Shown piece after piece: positions 1 to 12,567 of a stretch of DNA of 64,000 nucleotides. The position numbers were made by a program, and so were the translations under genes. The stretch lies in NCBI GenBank assembly GCA_965112155.1, contig OZ218105.1; one strand, given 5' to 3'. The DNA is from Podarcis liolepis. Its lineage: Eukaryota. The notes beneath the pieces were generated by a model. It did not search any database. It was not told the origin of the DNA and saw only the letters and a list, made by a program, of their open reading frames with translations. Numbering within the stretch: position 1 is the first letter of the stretch; every line of letters starts with the position of its first letter.

Positions 1-289
1 ATTCATGTCTTTACTGCTAACTTTGGTTTTGAAGGAGAGGTGTGCTAAACAGCCCTATCAGAACTCAGCTAAAATCCTGGATTTCATTAATTTCTATAGG
101 CACTCCTGCCTCAGGGGCGGGAGAAAAAAACCTCAGCAGCTCAGTGGGTGAAGTTGAGCCTTGTGGGTGAGTCTAACTATTAAGTCTATGGGTGGGACGA
201 CTGTGGAACTTTATTTCCCTGCTCAGTCAAGCCTTCCTACACAGTGCCACTTAGTAATTACAATCAATATTACTGCTCTTGAGAAATGA

Positions 290-598
290 CATACCCTCCA
301 ACATTTCTCTGATGAAAATAGGGTTGTCCAATGCTATTTTTCTAGAAAAAAGAAGTGCCGCAACTCACCACGAACACCTCCGACATTTTCTTAGAATGGC
401 AATGGCGCCCACCTAAGAGGTGAATACTAGCTGAAAAAAAGCCATGGGGACGTCTTATTCCATACCCTCCAACATTTCTCCGATGAAAGTAGGGACAACC
501 TAAGGAAAAGCGGGACATTCCAGGATTAAATCAGAAACCAGGACGGCTTCTGTAAATCCAGGCCTGCCCTTGGAAATTAGGGACAATTGGAGGATCTG
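290..598. mobile_element. Non-autonomous DNA-transposon-like repeat with a nested hAT-type MITE (329-446)
   Basis: CATACCCTCCA...TGGAGGATCTG ends; same family inverted at 53127-54201; nested element flanked by GGGTTGTC/GGGACGTC and homologous to 29605-29727. Confidence 0.65.
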
Positions 599-1488
599 AT
601 ATTACTGTGATGTAATTATTCTGCTGATGCTATTAGTCACCTTGAGTTTCCTTTGTGAAGGAAAGGTGGGGGTATATAACTTGATTGAATAATATTAGAA
701 CGAAGTTCATTGGCGTGATTGCCAAGCCCAACTCAAAGATAGGCTGACACTTTCATTGGCTTCTGTCACTTTTCTCCCCCTTTCCCTTCTCCTCTCCTAG
801 ACCTCTTATTATTCTATATTCTCTTTTTCTCTCACACCTGATTTCTTAATATTTCCTCAGTTGCCTGCTGTGTTGAGTGTGTGTGATCTCTTGTCATACC
901 AGTTTTTCTATTCAGTGATGTTTTAATGATTTGTTTAAATCCCTCTCCTAGTACTTCAGGGCGAGATCAGTGTTTCCTTTCCAACTGACTTTACTGACTA
1001 AATTGCAGCCTCTTGATTGTTTCCTTGGTAATTTTTTGAATCTGCAGCATTGACTAGCATCCTTTTGGCTGCTTCTAGGCAGGACAAGGTAGGGCCTACA
1101 GGCCTCTGGTGTCACAAAGGTGTCCTTAGAAGACCTGAAACAACATGATTCTGGTTTATTTCGGTTAGCCCAGACTGATGTCCAGCCGGAGCCAAGAACT
1201 AAATTCTGTCTAATTATCTCACTTCTGATCAGTAAAATAATACCTTTTAAATTGTGTTTTTATGTATCCTACCTGTGCTCCGAGGTGCTCGAAGCAGCTT
1301 GCATGGGGTTTCACCCTATTTCATCCTCACAGGTAGGTGATCGGACTAAAGCACTCAGTGGATTTTGCCACGGAGCAGGAATTTGTACCTGGGTCTTCCC
1401 AGTTGAGTGCTATGCCCAATATACATAACCTCATTTCATATTGTGGATTTTCACCACCCCATTGTTGCTCTTTTGCTCCTTATTTCAG

Positions 1489-1608
1489 GTACTTCTGTTA
1501 TCCAAGTGACAGCTACAGATGCTGATGATGCTAACTATGGCAACAGTGCCAAAGTTGTTTACAGCATCCTCCAGGGCCAGCCATACTTCGCAGTGGATCC
1601 AGAAACAG
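1489..1608 (+). CDS. CDH9: Type II cadherin coding exon (EC2: [41 protein letters not shown])
   Basis: tttcag acceptor, G|gtgaga donor, 120 bp, phase 1-1; DADD calcium motif; closely matches recalled CDH9 sequence. Confidence 0.95.
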
Positions 1609-1769
1609 GTGAGAATGTCTATTGACTTGGCTTCCTTTCATTTATGCCAGCTCTGCTTTATTCTAATTATCTGGAGCTGTTGTCAGTCCTTTTAGTATTT
1701 CTTTCTTATATTTTCACCCAGTTTTCTTTTGTTTTTTTTTCAAAGGTTTTTCATTGATATATTCATATA

Positions 1770-2031
1770 CAGTGGTACCTCTGGATGCAAACGGGATCCG
1801 TTCCAGAGCCCCGTTCGCATCCTGAAGCGAATGCAGCCCGCGTCTGTGTGTCTCTGTGTGTGTGTGTGTCGCGATTCACCACTTCCGCGCATGCACGTAA
1901 CATCATTTTGAGAGTTTGCGCATGTGCGAGCGGTGAAACCCGGAAGTAATGCATTCTGTTACTTCCGGGTCGCTGCAGAGTGCAACCCGAAAACGCTCAA
2001 CCCAAAGCTACTTCAACCCAAGGTATGACTG
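1770..2031. mobile_element. Tc1/mariner(pogo)-type MITE
   Basis: TA|CAGTGGTACCTC...AAGGTATGACTG|TA; inverted homolog at 38659-38895. Confidence 0.85.
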
Positions 2032-3464
2032 TACTATTCATGTTCATCCGTTTTATGGTTGGAGCAGTTACTGCTGACTCCACCTTTTTTGGAGGGCAGA
2101 GGGGTCCTTGGACAAGGCATACTCTGTGGCCCCTAGTAACCTGGAAGAGGCAGACTGAACAAAAAGAGCAGCACCGGCCCGAATTTAAGCCCTGGGAGTG
2201 GACCAGAGTGGAAACCTCAGCAGTGAGGGCCTATCCCTGGCCTCGCCTCTCACCCAAGCCACCATGGATTGGCACAATTCAAACCAGGGCTTGGTGGGAA
2301 GTCTGCAGCATCGTGGAAGTCAGGAGAAGGGGCCAACAGCCAAAACCAACATGATGTGGCTCTGAGGGAAGGCAGGAGCCGCCATGCTGGGTTGCAAGTG
2401 CCGCCCACCATTGGACCAGGTAAACGGGAATTCTTTGGTTGGAGAAGTTACTGCTGACTCCATCTTTGGAGGGGCACAGGGGTCCTTGGACAAGACGTGG
2501 AAGAGACAGGTTGAACAAACAGCAAATATCCTCATAATGTCTCTTCTTGTGTGTGTCGCACAAAATAACAAGAAGAATGCTTTTTGGTTGGAGGGACATT
2601 TGCTGATTTCAAGCCCCCATCAAATGCCCAGTTTGCACCCTCTTCTTTAGCTGGCTCTGTGACAAAGCCATACTGCAGCCACACTGTGAACTATAGAAGG
2701 ACAGCTGATTCGTAAACCTGGTTGTCTGGCTTCATTTGCATATCATTTACATGAGCGTGGCAAATGCCAAGCCACAGCTGCTGGATGCTGCATCGGCTGT
2801 GTGATATTTTGGAATAGCTGATGCAAAATGAGAGCAAGAGGCAGGGAATGGAACCTTCTGAGCCAGCTCAATAAAAAATCATGACCCACTTTCAGAAACC
2901 ATACAATTTGAAAGAAGAAAAAAAAGAGGAATGAGGGAAAATGCCCTGTGATTTCTAAATTGCACAGAGCCCAATCAGCGCAGAAATGATGAAATTGATA
3001 ATGGGTGCATTGATATGAAGGAAGCTCCATGCTGTTTTCCTACCATCCCAAACCCCACCGTCTCATTCCATCCTGGCTGTTCTAAGAACCATCAAGGTTA
3101 GGCAGCCATCTTTTTTGGGGGGATGGGGGACTATTTCCTCTGGTTAGGTCTTCCCATACTGAACAATGACAAAGTACAGCAAAATGGTTGTAAGAGTGGA
3201 AGAGTGAACAGTATTGCTTCAGACTGTAGTTGGTGGGTACTGGTTTGGGTTGCTGCTCCTCCCCTGGTGTAACAATATGGTATGGCTGTGACCCTAATTT
3301 GTGTGTAGGAAAGTGGCACAGCAAACAAACAAACAAACAAAAGCTTAGCACATCCTTTTCCTTGATGTGTGCATTTCCTATTTACATGCATTTATATATA
3401 TATATATATATATATTTAAAAAATGTGGTCCCTCCTTAGCTATAGTCTGAACTGTTGTTGTTGT

Positions 3465-3599
3465 TAGTGCTTTAAAAAAAAAGTTTAGGGGGAACTGTCA
3501 TTTTCCTGCTCATATTGAAATACTGCCCCTAAGTGAGGCCAAACTTAGATTCACAAAATGTTTAGGGGTACCCCTGCGTCCCCCCAGAAAAAAGCACTG
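3465..3599. mobile_element. hAT-type MITE (CAGTGCTTT TIR family)
   Basis: Inverted homolog of 59032-59178; TIR AGTGCTTT...AAAGCACTG. Confidence 0.75.
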
Positions 3600-4050
3600 A
3601 TTATTATTATTCCTCCACCATATTCAGCTGCATGTATCGTTTCAGTCCCTGCCATGATTTTGGAGAGGGCTGCAAACTCTTGTTCATTGCAGCCTTTCAT
3701 CCTAAATGGAAAAATAACCACCAGTCAAAGTTGTTGTTGTTTTCAGAAAGCTTTCATTATGACAGATGTAACCATTTTTGGTTTTTCCCCCCAGAAGGAT
3801 AATTACATTGATTTAGTGCCAATTTAAAAACACTGAGTAATGGGAGCTTCTTGTTTCCCTCTTTTCTTGCTGTGACATTAAACTAGTCATGGACTGAAAG
3901 CCTTATTTCAGTGCATACACCTTCAATTTTGTTTATTTACTGTGGATTAACTGGCACAGCATATCTGACACAAATCCATTTTAATACTCTCCTTCGACCT
4001 ACTCCCACCTTCAATCTCATATTTCCTCCCCCTCTTCTCTTCCCTATAAG

Positions 4051-4218
4051 GCATCATCAAGACTGCTTTGCCCGATATGAGCCGAGAAAACCGAGAGCAG
4101 TACCAAGTGGTCATCCAGGCAAAAGACATGGGAGGCCAGATGGGCGGATTATCAGGAACCACAACGGTGAACATCACGCTGACCGACGTCAATGACAATC
4201 CACCTCGATTCCCCCAGA
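4051..4218 (+). CDS. CDH9: Cadherin exon ([55 protein letters not shown])
   Basis: polypyrimidine tract + aag acceptor, A|gtatga donor, 168 bp, phase 1-1; DVNDNPP linker motif. Confidence 0.95.
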
Positions 4219-4361
4219 GTATGAACCATTTAATACTTCAGATGTGTTCAAAAAGCCTCTTTAAACTCTGTAGTTCACGTTTCACCATCTGGGGACGTAA
4301 ATGCAGATGCACTTCTGGTGTTGCAGCTATTTAAGGTCACACAGGAACATACATACATACA

Positions 4362-4395
<34 letters not shown>

Positions 4396-4520
4396 ATATT
4401 TCCAAAGGAAATAAACAAAGTTAACTCCCATAATAGTGTTAGGTCTACAAGCAAAAACAAACAAACCAACAAATGCTAGAGGTACACAAAGCTTTGCTGC
4501 TTGTAGAATTATAAACAGCA

Positions 4521-5012
4521 CCATCATGCTGGGTTGCCCCAGCGACTCTGAGCGGCTTCCAACAAAATATTAAAAACACAATAGAACGTCAACCATTAAA
4601 AACTTCCCTGAACAGGGCTGCCCTCAGATGTCTTCTAAAAGTCAAATAGTTGTTTATCTGTTTGACATCTGGTGGGAGGGCATTCCACAGGGCGGGTGCC
4701 ACTACGAAGAAGGCCCTCTACCTGGTTCCCTGTAACCTTGCTTCTCTCGGTGAGGGAACCACCAGAAGGCCCTCAGAGTGTCCGGGCTGAACGACGGGGG
4801 TAGAGACGCTCCTTCAGGTATACTGGGCCAAGGCCATTTAGGGCTTTAAAGATCAGCACCAACACTTTGAACCACTACCAAGAAGGCCCTTTGCCTGGCT
4901 CCCTGTAGCTTCACGTCTCACAGTGAGGGAATTTCTAGAAAGCCCTTGGAACTGGACCTCAGCGTCCAGACTGGACAATGTAGGAGAAGACACTCCTTCA
5001 GGTACACAGGGC
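4521..5012 (-). mobile_element. L2-clade LINE 3' fragments (two partial copies in tandem)
   Basis: Reverse complement homologous to 37883-38212 and 59225-59428, which encode the RAFSVVAPxLWNxLP motif. Confidence 0.8.
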
Positions 5013-5534
5013 CCTAAAGAGTCAGGTGATAGCTTTATTTTTTTAAATAAAATATTTATTAAGAGTCAGGTGATAGCTTTAAGCCTGATTCTGCACAGCT
5101 CATAAACCATGAAACAGAAAGCAGCAACTCCAATATATTTTGACCTGCCAAATGTCCAGTAATGTCCAGGACTTTTAGCCACTGACAGGCCACCTTACAT
5201 GGGCAAAGTGTTGCATTCTGCTTGCTGGGAATCTAACTTGCGCACAATCTAGGTCACATCCCACAGTCACATAACTAAATAGCCACCACTGTCCTTCTCC
5301 GTCCTACTTGCTTCACAAACTGCACAGCACTTGATGGTCGTGCTGTGACAAAGGGGATGTTCTCAAAACTTTACACCCAGGAGCTGCAACCGGCATGATG
5401 TGCCTGATCATTGCAGCACATGCTGCAACACATGTGCTCATACACACACGTGGATGATGCAGCAATGCAAATCAAAACAGCTCTCCTTTTCAGGCACTTA
5501 TTCTCACAAATGGAGCCATAGACAGTGTTGTTAG

Positions 5535-5855
5535 GCTGATCGGAAGGTCAGTGGTTCAAATCCGCACGACAGAGTGAGCTGAGCTCCTGTTGCTCTGTCC
5601 CACCTTCTGCCAAGCTAGCAGTTCGAAAGCATACCAGTGCAAGTAGATAAATAGGTACTGCTGTGGTGGGAAGGTAAACAGAGTTTCTGTGCACTCTGGT
5701 TTCCATCACGGTGTTTAGTCCTGTTGGCCACATGACCCAGAAAGCTGCCTGTGGACGAACGCCGGCTCCCTCGGCCTGAAAGCGAGATGAGTGCCGCAAC
5801 CCCATGGTCGCCTTTGGCTGGACTTAACAGTCCAGGGGTCCTTTACCTTTTACCT
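5535..5855 (+). mobile_element. Sauria-type tRNA-derived SINE, 5' truncated
   Basis: B-box GGTTCAAATCC, body shared with five other copies, (TTTACC)n tail. Confidence 0.85.
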
Positions 5856-7891
5856 TTTGTACCCCACCCCTGTGCTCCTCAAAAACCACAAAGCCCAACT
5901 AAATTAAAACTTTGTAACCTATTAGCCGCTCTCTGCTTTCTACTATTTATCGGTTTTGTTCACTTTTTTATCATGCTTATAAAATATATGTATTCACTTC
6001 TCCTCATGACTTAGCTCAGAGGTCTGCTTAAAATGCAAGGGTGTGATAGAGTAATTAATCATACTGAAGTTGGCGAACCCAAAGTAGGCTAGTATCACAT
6101 ATATTTTGCTGTAGTGTATGTCACTCAGTGACAGTCTCATAAAGACTACATATTAGAAGGTACCCATAAAGAAGCTTTGATATCAAGGCTGCTGTTGGGG
6201 TTGTGTGTTTTTTTTAGCTTTTACTCTTCCCCGTCGCTTCTTTGTGAGCACAAAAGAAATAAGAGCCTATGGAGATTGGTGTGCCTTCTTTTTAAGGTCT
6301 TAGATTATTTTAGTTACAGCCTCAAATAACAAGTAAGTGTGCCCTTTATTCACTGGCATATCAAATCACTAAGAGTCAACAAACGTATTGTGGCATAAGC
6401 TTTTGTGCACCCGACAAAGAGGGGTTTGACTCACGAAGGCTCATGTCATCATACAGTTGTTCCACTATATGAAAACTCAGTTTTCATATCCTGACAGCTG
6501 CTTTGTTTGTGGAAAAACCACCTTGGAAAGAGCTAATTTAGAGTGGAGATTGAAAATAAATGTTTTCAACTTTTTCTTGCCCAGCGTTACTATTGCAAGG
6601 CACACACCCCTCCCCGCAAATTGCTGTCCCTACCAAGAGGTTCCAGGTTCTCGTGCATATTCAGATACATACAGTGTTACCTCTGGTTAAGGGTTCCAAG
6701 AGTTGTTAGGAGACCACTTGCAGAGTTCCTGCACCCTTAACAAACTACACTTCCCAGGATTCTTTGGGAGAATGTGTGTCAGTTAAAGGGACATAAGGTT
6801 GCTTTAAAGTGATGGTGTGCTCTTGGTATAAGTCAGCTTCCTGTGTTGCAGTGTATGGTGTGGCCATGACCCAAGGTGACTTTTTTGGTCCCTCCAAATG
6901 AGTATTGTCGACACTGATTGGCAATGGCTCTCCACGGTTTCAGACAGGGCACATTCCCAGTGAAATCTGGAGCTGCCAGAGATTGGACCTGGAATCTTCT
7001 GCATGCAAAGCACATGCAATACCAGAGAGCCCTTGAGCCCCTTCACCTTCTCCTCCTTCCTAGCATTGCTTGTTCACCTGTCCTCTTTGAGCATGCCAGC
7101 AATGGCAAGACATAAGAGAAAGAGCATAATCTTCCACTTGACTTGAACTCTGTCAGTTATACAGATTGGGCAAAGTGCATGTATTGCACTGGCGTCAGAT
7201 GGACCCATTCAGAGGAGGCGCCTAGCCTACCCCCCTTCCCCCCGAATGACTACACACTTGCACATATGTAACAGATCCAGGGGATAATTTATCAAGCTCA
7301 TCTTCAAAGACCTCGGCTCTAATCTTGACTGACCACCAAACAATAAATCTCAAGGGTTATATGTGGACTACCCATCTTCCTCAGAGACCTATATCCAGGT
7401 GTGTTAATTATTTTTGTTGCTGAGTAGGCTAGCTGTGCTTCTTCCCATTCTACTCCACCTGAGAAAAGAGAGGAGTAGGGATTATTTTAGAGTCAAGAAA
7501 TTGGCTATTAAGAGTCAGGTAGGAGTTACTGAACTGGAATAACAATCAGAGTGTTAGTGGCAGATAATAGGCTCTCAGGAAGGACAGCTTTCTTACACAT
7601 TCTGGAAAATGTGTTTGTACCCATCCCAGAAACTCATCCCCCTATCATCATTACATATATCCGGGAGAAGAGTCAATTCCACCATTACTCTTCTTCCCCC
7701 ACATTATAAAGCAGTTGAAAATTGTGGAAGTCAAAGGAATTTGTAACATCCAGCTATTCTGATACTGGTCCAATATTAGGGATTTGCGAATCAGCTTTTT
7801 GGAGCTAAAGTTACAGTTCCAATGACTTCTTCCATTCTTATTCTTATTTACCCACTTTGTTACCCACAAAGTTAAGATGGATGAACATAGG

Positions 7892-8647
7892 TGTCAGAGC
7901 TGCTTGAAGATCCTAGCTCACAGAGGATCACGCTAGCCAGCTATCATTAAGTAAAAGTCTTTATTGAGTTACAGTTTCCATTCTCACGCTGCTGCGCGCA
8001 ACTCTACGTCTAGTAGCTAGATCGGCGAAGCTCCGTCTGAGTCTCCGCCCCGTGTGCACCAACTTAATATCCTAGCCCGGCTCCACCTTTTCCGCCTGAC
8101 TGTCCTCCTCTGGGTCCCTCTACCCCCTGGGGTCTCTTCCTTCCGGGATTCTTCTGACGCTGACCCCCCGGACCCTCCTGTCTCCTTGCGCCGGGCTTTA
8201 GGACCTGGCTCCCTTTCCGGGCTGCTTACTGCGCCACCTTCCTCTGCATTTGAACTTGGCGCGCGCGCCCAACCTTCCACTTTCCGCTTAACCGTTTCTT
8301 CGCTCCCCGATGGAGGTGTGGCCACTCCTGACTCGTGCCCTCCCTCCTGTGTTGAGCTGCCAGCGCTTGCCCCCTGGCTCCTTTCCTCTTCCCTGCTCTC
8401 TGGCGGTGACGCTGGTCCCAATTTCCAACTGCTCTCCTCTGAGTCCCCTCTGGCTCTATCTTCCTGGGGTGCCCCCTTAGACTCCCCCCTTGCCCTGGCC
8501 ACTGGTGCTCCTTTCTGTGAATCCTCTGATTCACTGGAAAGACTCGGAGATCTCGGGTCGTCGTCATCACTCATCTTTTCTTCTGCCTCCTCCCCTTCGC
8601 TCTCTGTTTCCTCCCTTGCCCTTGCCTCTGCTCCTAAACCCCTGACA
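7892..8647 (-). mobile_element. Solo LTR, 756 bp
   Basis: TGTCAG...CTGACA termini, 5-bp TSD ATAGG (7887-7891/8648-8652), AATAAA on - strand at 7960-7965. Confidence 0.9.
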
Positions 8648-8656
8648 ATAGGAGAA

Positions 8657-8810
8657 GAGGAAGCTGCCTTATACTGAATTAGATCATTGGTCCAGATAGT
8701 CTATAATGACTGGCAGAGATTCTTTCAGGATTCCAGAGAGTGTCTCCTCCCTGGAGACACTGAGAACTTAATCTGGGACCCCAGGCATGCAAAACAGATG
8801 CTCTACCACA
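8657..8810 (-). mobile_element. Old tRNA-headed SINE (family also at about 6897-7030, 21531-21682, 39600-39725, 52217-52390)
   Basis: Shared body AGGAAGCTGCCTTATACTG...GACTGGCAG and tRNA-like head on the - strand (TGGTAGAGCATCTG.TTTGCATG). Confidence 0.7.
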
Positions 8811-9899
8811 TGACAGGTGCTAAATGAAAATGCACTCTGCATTCACATATATTTCCTTCTTCAAATTTCCCTCTGTTTGCCTAAGAATTTAATTTTCTGA
8901 ATTAAGTTTCCTTGTGGATTTATTTTAGTGATTTTGGAAGAAATGTCTATGTGGTAAAAAACGCAAAATCAGCACAGAGGATTGCCAGAGCATCTCTCAT
9001 CATCTCAGATCAATAACGAACCATATCTGCTTCTAGCAGTAATTTCTCCCATTCTGTCTGAGCAAAGCAGCGCCCAGGTATAATATATGTGTGTGAGAGA
9101 GAGAGGGACAGACAGACAGACAAAGATGGAAATGCCTTGTGATCTTAGAGTGGATTCACAGAGAACAGATATTTGGAACCACCAAGTAGATACAAGAACT
9201 ACAGTTGCCTTAAAAACTGGAGAGGCTCGGCTGCTACTTGCTTTTTCTCTAGAAAAGTTCACATTTCCCCACTATCCCAGAAAAATTATTTACAACAAGG
9301 AAAATTTCCCTCACCTTGATAATCCATATTTAAATTATATGTAATAAGCAATACCTCTTATGTTCTCTTCTCTTCTTCTCTTCTGCTCATAGTTGCCTTA
9401 CCTTTCAAAAGAGTGCACTGCTGACTTTAGACCAAAGTCTTCTTCCTGTTTTTTTGTATGCTGAAGGCAGCTAATGGGCACCTTGTATGCTGACTTAATT
9501 GTAGGTACAGCTCCACATCTCCCCCTAAAGGGCCCTTTCCCCTTTTACTAAATCTTGGTTGGATGCTTTTACAGGACTGGTATAGTGCACTCAAGTTACT
9601 TCCTTTAATTTTAAGAAAAAGCAGTTATTTTAACATTCAAAATGTGTCCCTTCTTACACCGACATTTTATCAGATTTCTTTTGTGCTGCTATGTATTTGC
9701 CTTCACTGATTTAGAGCTGTTTCAGCTTTGTCTCTTGCCAATTGAAATTCAAGCTCTTAACACCAAGTTGTGATTACATGGTATTGCTTCTGTTTATTGA
9801 CTGTGTGAGCATGAGTTTAATTAGGTTCTTGGTGCAAATGCAGGTAGAAAAATACACCTTTCAAATCCCACTGTTTTTCAGTCATCATGCAATTCCTTT

Positions 9900-12567
9900 G
9901 CTGCACCTGACATGATAAAAAAGGGCTGTGGCTGGACCCTCCCAGATGGTCATAAAACTGGATTAGATTTCTATGTCGATCGCATTTGCTTCCATGCCCA
10001 AGCTGAGGTAATCAGCAAACAGCATAATTTCGAAAATAGTACTGCCATCATAGTTAAAAGAGCTGACAAAGAAGCAGCAGTCATCATTGTGAACATTTCA
10101 GACATGAGGCTGCAAGGCAACTCCACCATGACATTTTACAGTACCCAATTATCAGATCCCACCGAAGAATACCAGAAAGATCTACACAATCTGATGAAGG
10201 AATTTCCTACCAAAGTGCAAATCAAAAGCCATACATCTGAGGAGCCTCAACTAAACATTTTCTATTTACTACCCAAACTACAGAAACCATGGCACTTTAG
10301 GTGCCCCATAAGTTTAGGCTTCCGGTACCATCACAGATGGGGCATTTGGATATACGGACTCTGTTTGAAGGCCATATGCCACCAGTACTCGTGCTTGGTT
10401 CTGAATACAACCAACTTTCTGAGGAAATGACAATCCGGTGACAAGCTTCCAGAACACAGTACCCTAGACCAGTGTTTCCCAACCGGTGTTCCGCGGCACA
10501 CTAGTGTGCCGTGAGACACCGGCTGGTGTGCCGTGGGAGGGAGGCGGGCGAGTCGGGCGGCGAGAGGCGGCGGCGGCGAGGATCCGCGTCGAGCCGGGGG
10601 CGGCTCCGCGGTGCTGGTGCCGAGCGGCGGGGCAGCGCGCGCAAAAGGGAGGAGCGCGAGACAGCGGAGGAGGAGGAGGCCGGCATGTCCGGGCAGCAGC
10701 AGCAACAGCAGCAGCAGCAACTCCCGGCGACGGCTCCTCCTCCGCCCGCTATCGCCGCCACCACCACAACAGCCGCCGCCGCCTCAGCTGCCGCCGTCCC
10801 TCAGTCCCTCGCTCTGCTGCCTCCTCCCACCCCGGCAAGGGGAAGGGAAAAAACTTTCACTTTTGTGCGTCCCTCCCGGCGTGACGCTGCGCGCTGACGT
10901 CACGGGGCGGGGCTTTAATGGTGGTGTGCCGCGAGATTTTTTCCCGGTAAACAGGTGTGCCGTTGCCCAAAAACGTTTGGGAAACACTGCCCTAGACTAC
11001 ACCAGTATCTCCACAAGGATGGGATATAAGCCATCAGTAATATCATCCTAGATGGAGTTCCAGCCACCAAACTTTGCCACGTAATACTCACTTTCATTTC
11101 AGATTTAGGGAGAACATTTATCTTCAGAACAATTGCTCTGCCATGGGCACTCTTGGATGGACCCAAAGTATGCCAGCATCTCATGGCTGATTTAGAATAC
11201 CTCATTCTCATTGTTTGTCTCCTAAAGCCTTTCCTCTCCTTGAAACACACTATACCTATGTCTATGTCTATCATCTATCTATCTATATCTATCTATCTAT
11301 CTATCATCTATCTATCCCGCCCATCTGGCTGGGTTTCCCCAGCTACTCTAGGAAGCTAATATCATATATAAAAACACAACACAACAAAACATCAAACATT
11401 TTAAGAAAACAAAATATCATTTACAAGCAACAAACAAACAAATCAATCAATAGAAATCAACAGCAACAACAGACAGTGTACAGTTATGCCCAAATTAAAA
11501 TAACCACCAACTCCAACTAAACATTTAACCAACACCAATCCGACAATAATAATAATAATAATAATGGAACCATTTAAAACATTTTAGCCAGTTTTCAGCT
11601 GCCACATTTATGACATCTTTATCATCTGGACTTATCAACAAAGACAGTTTGAGCGGTTCTACCCAGATTTCAATAAGCTTCAACCTGCAATCAACTTGAG
11701 CCTTGATCTATTCAGACAGCAGGTTCACTTTCTTGAAACTACTGTAAAATTATACGTACAATGGACATTTACTGGTAAGTATCACTATACATAGGAAACC
11801 AAATGTCTGCTACATCTATTTACATGATTCCGAAGTGCATCCAGAACATGCACTACAAAATCTATCGTCTACACCCAATCTCTATGATATAATTGCATCA
11901 ACTCAGATTCATCACACTCACAAGATAGAAAAAAGTTACATCAGGCATTAATCAAACCACATCACCTCCCTCATCCATTGATGTGGGAGATCAACCAAGC
12001 CAGATTGGTACTACTACAGGACAAACCTTGAAGAGAAAATGACAGAAATCCACTTGTCATTATTTATAGTTCCCAGCTGAAACCACTCAAACATAATCAG
12101 TGATCTATAGGCTATCATCAGTCAATAGACACCTCAATTTCACAGGTCTTAGGTGGTAGGTCTGTACTTACAGAAAGCCCCAGACAACTATCCCAAAGCA
12201 ACCACTCATCAGCAACTACAGGCCACATAACAGAGATCTGGGACCAGACCCTGCAGTAAACCCAGATGCCAAATCTGTCCCTCTTTCTACTCTGGCAACA
12301 CTATTACACTATCTAATTGCGTATTGTGCCAGTCACACAATCAGTTGTTCATTCAGCTGTTCATCTTCCAGAGTGATATATGTTATCTTCCAGCAGTAGC
12401 TTTCAGCATTCTGCATAGGACAAATAGCCCAGTCTCTACACAAAAGAACCAATTAATGTGATCCAGGAAAGCTTATGAAATAATAAATATACTGTAATAA
12501 ATATAGTTCCACAACACTCTTTCTTGTATCTGCTGCAACAAGCTACCATGGCTACCACTCTGTAAAC
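9900..12567 (+). mobile_element. Decayed Penelope-like retroelement (RT + GIY-YIG endonuclease + terminal repeat), interrupted by later insertions
   Basis: IIVKRADK and FYLLPKLQKP motifs; frameshifted YTSI, AMGT, YDIFIIW and VHFLETTV RT motifs; CSSSRVIYVI...IGQ GIY-YIG remnant near 12360-12430; GAAAGCTTATG...GGCTACCACTCTG terminal-repeat remnant at 12467-12563. Confidence 0.8.
10470..10989. mobile_element. Young non-autonomous hAT element with CpG-rich cargo, inserted in the Penelope RT region
   Basis: TIR CAGTGTTTCCCAA...TTGGGAAACACTG; perfect 8-bp TSD CCCTAGAC (10462-10469/10990-10997). Confidence 0.92.

Noticed and set aside
10486-11051. Overlapping GC-rich ORFs as a nested gene
   Set aside because: They lie largely within a TIR/TSD-bounded MITE and are open in most frames because of GC content.
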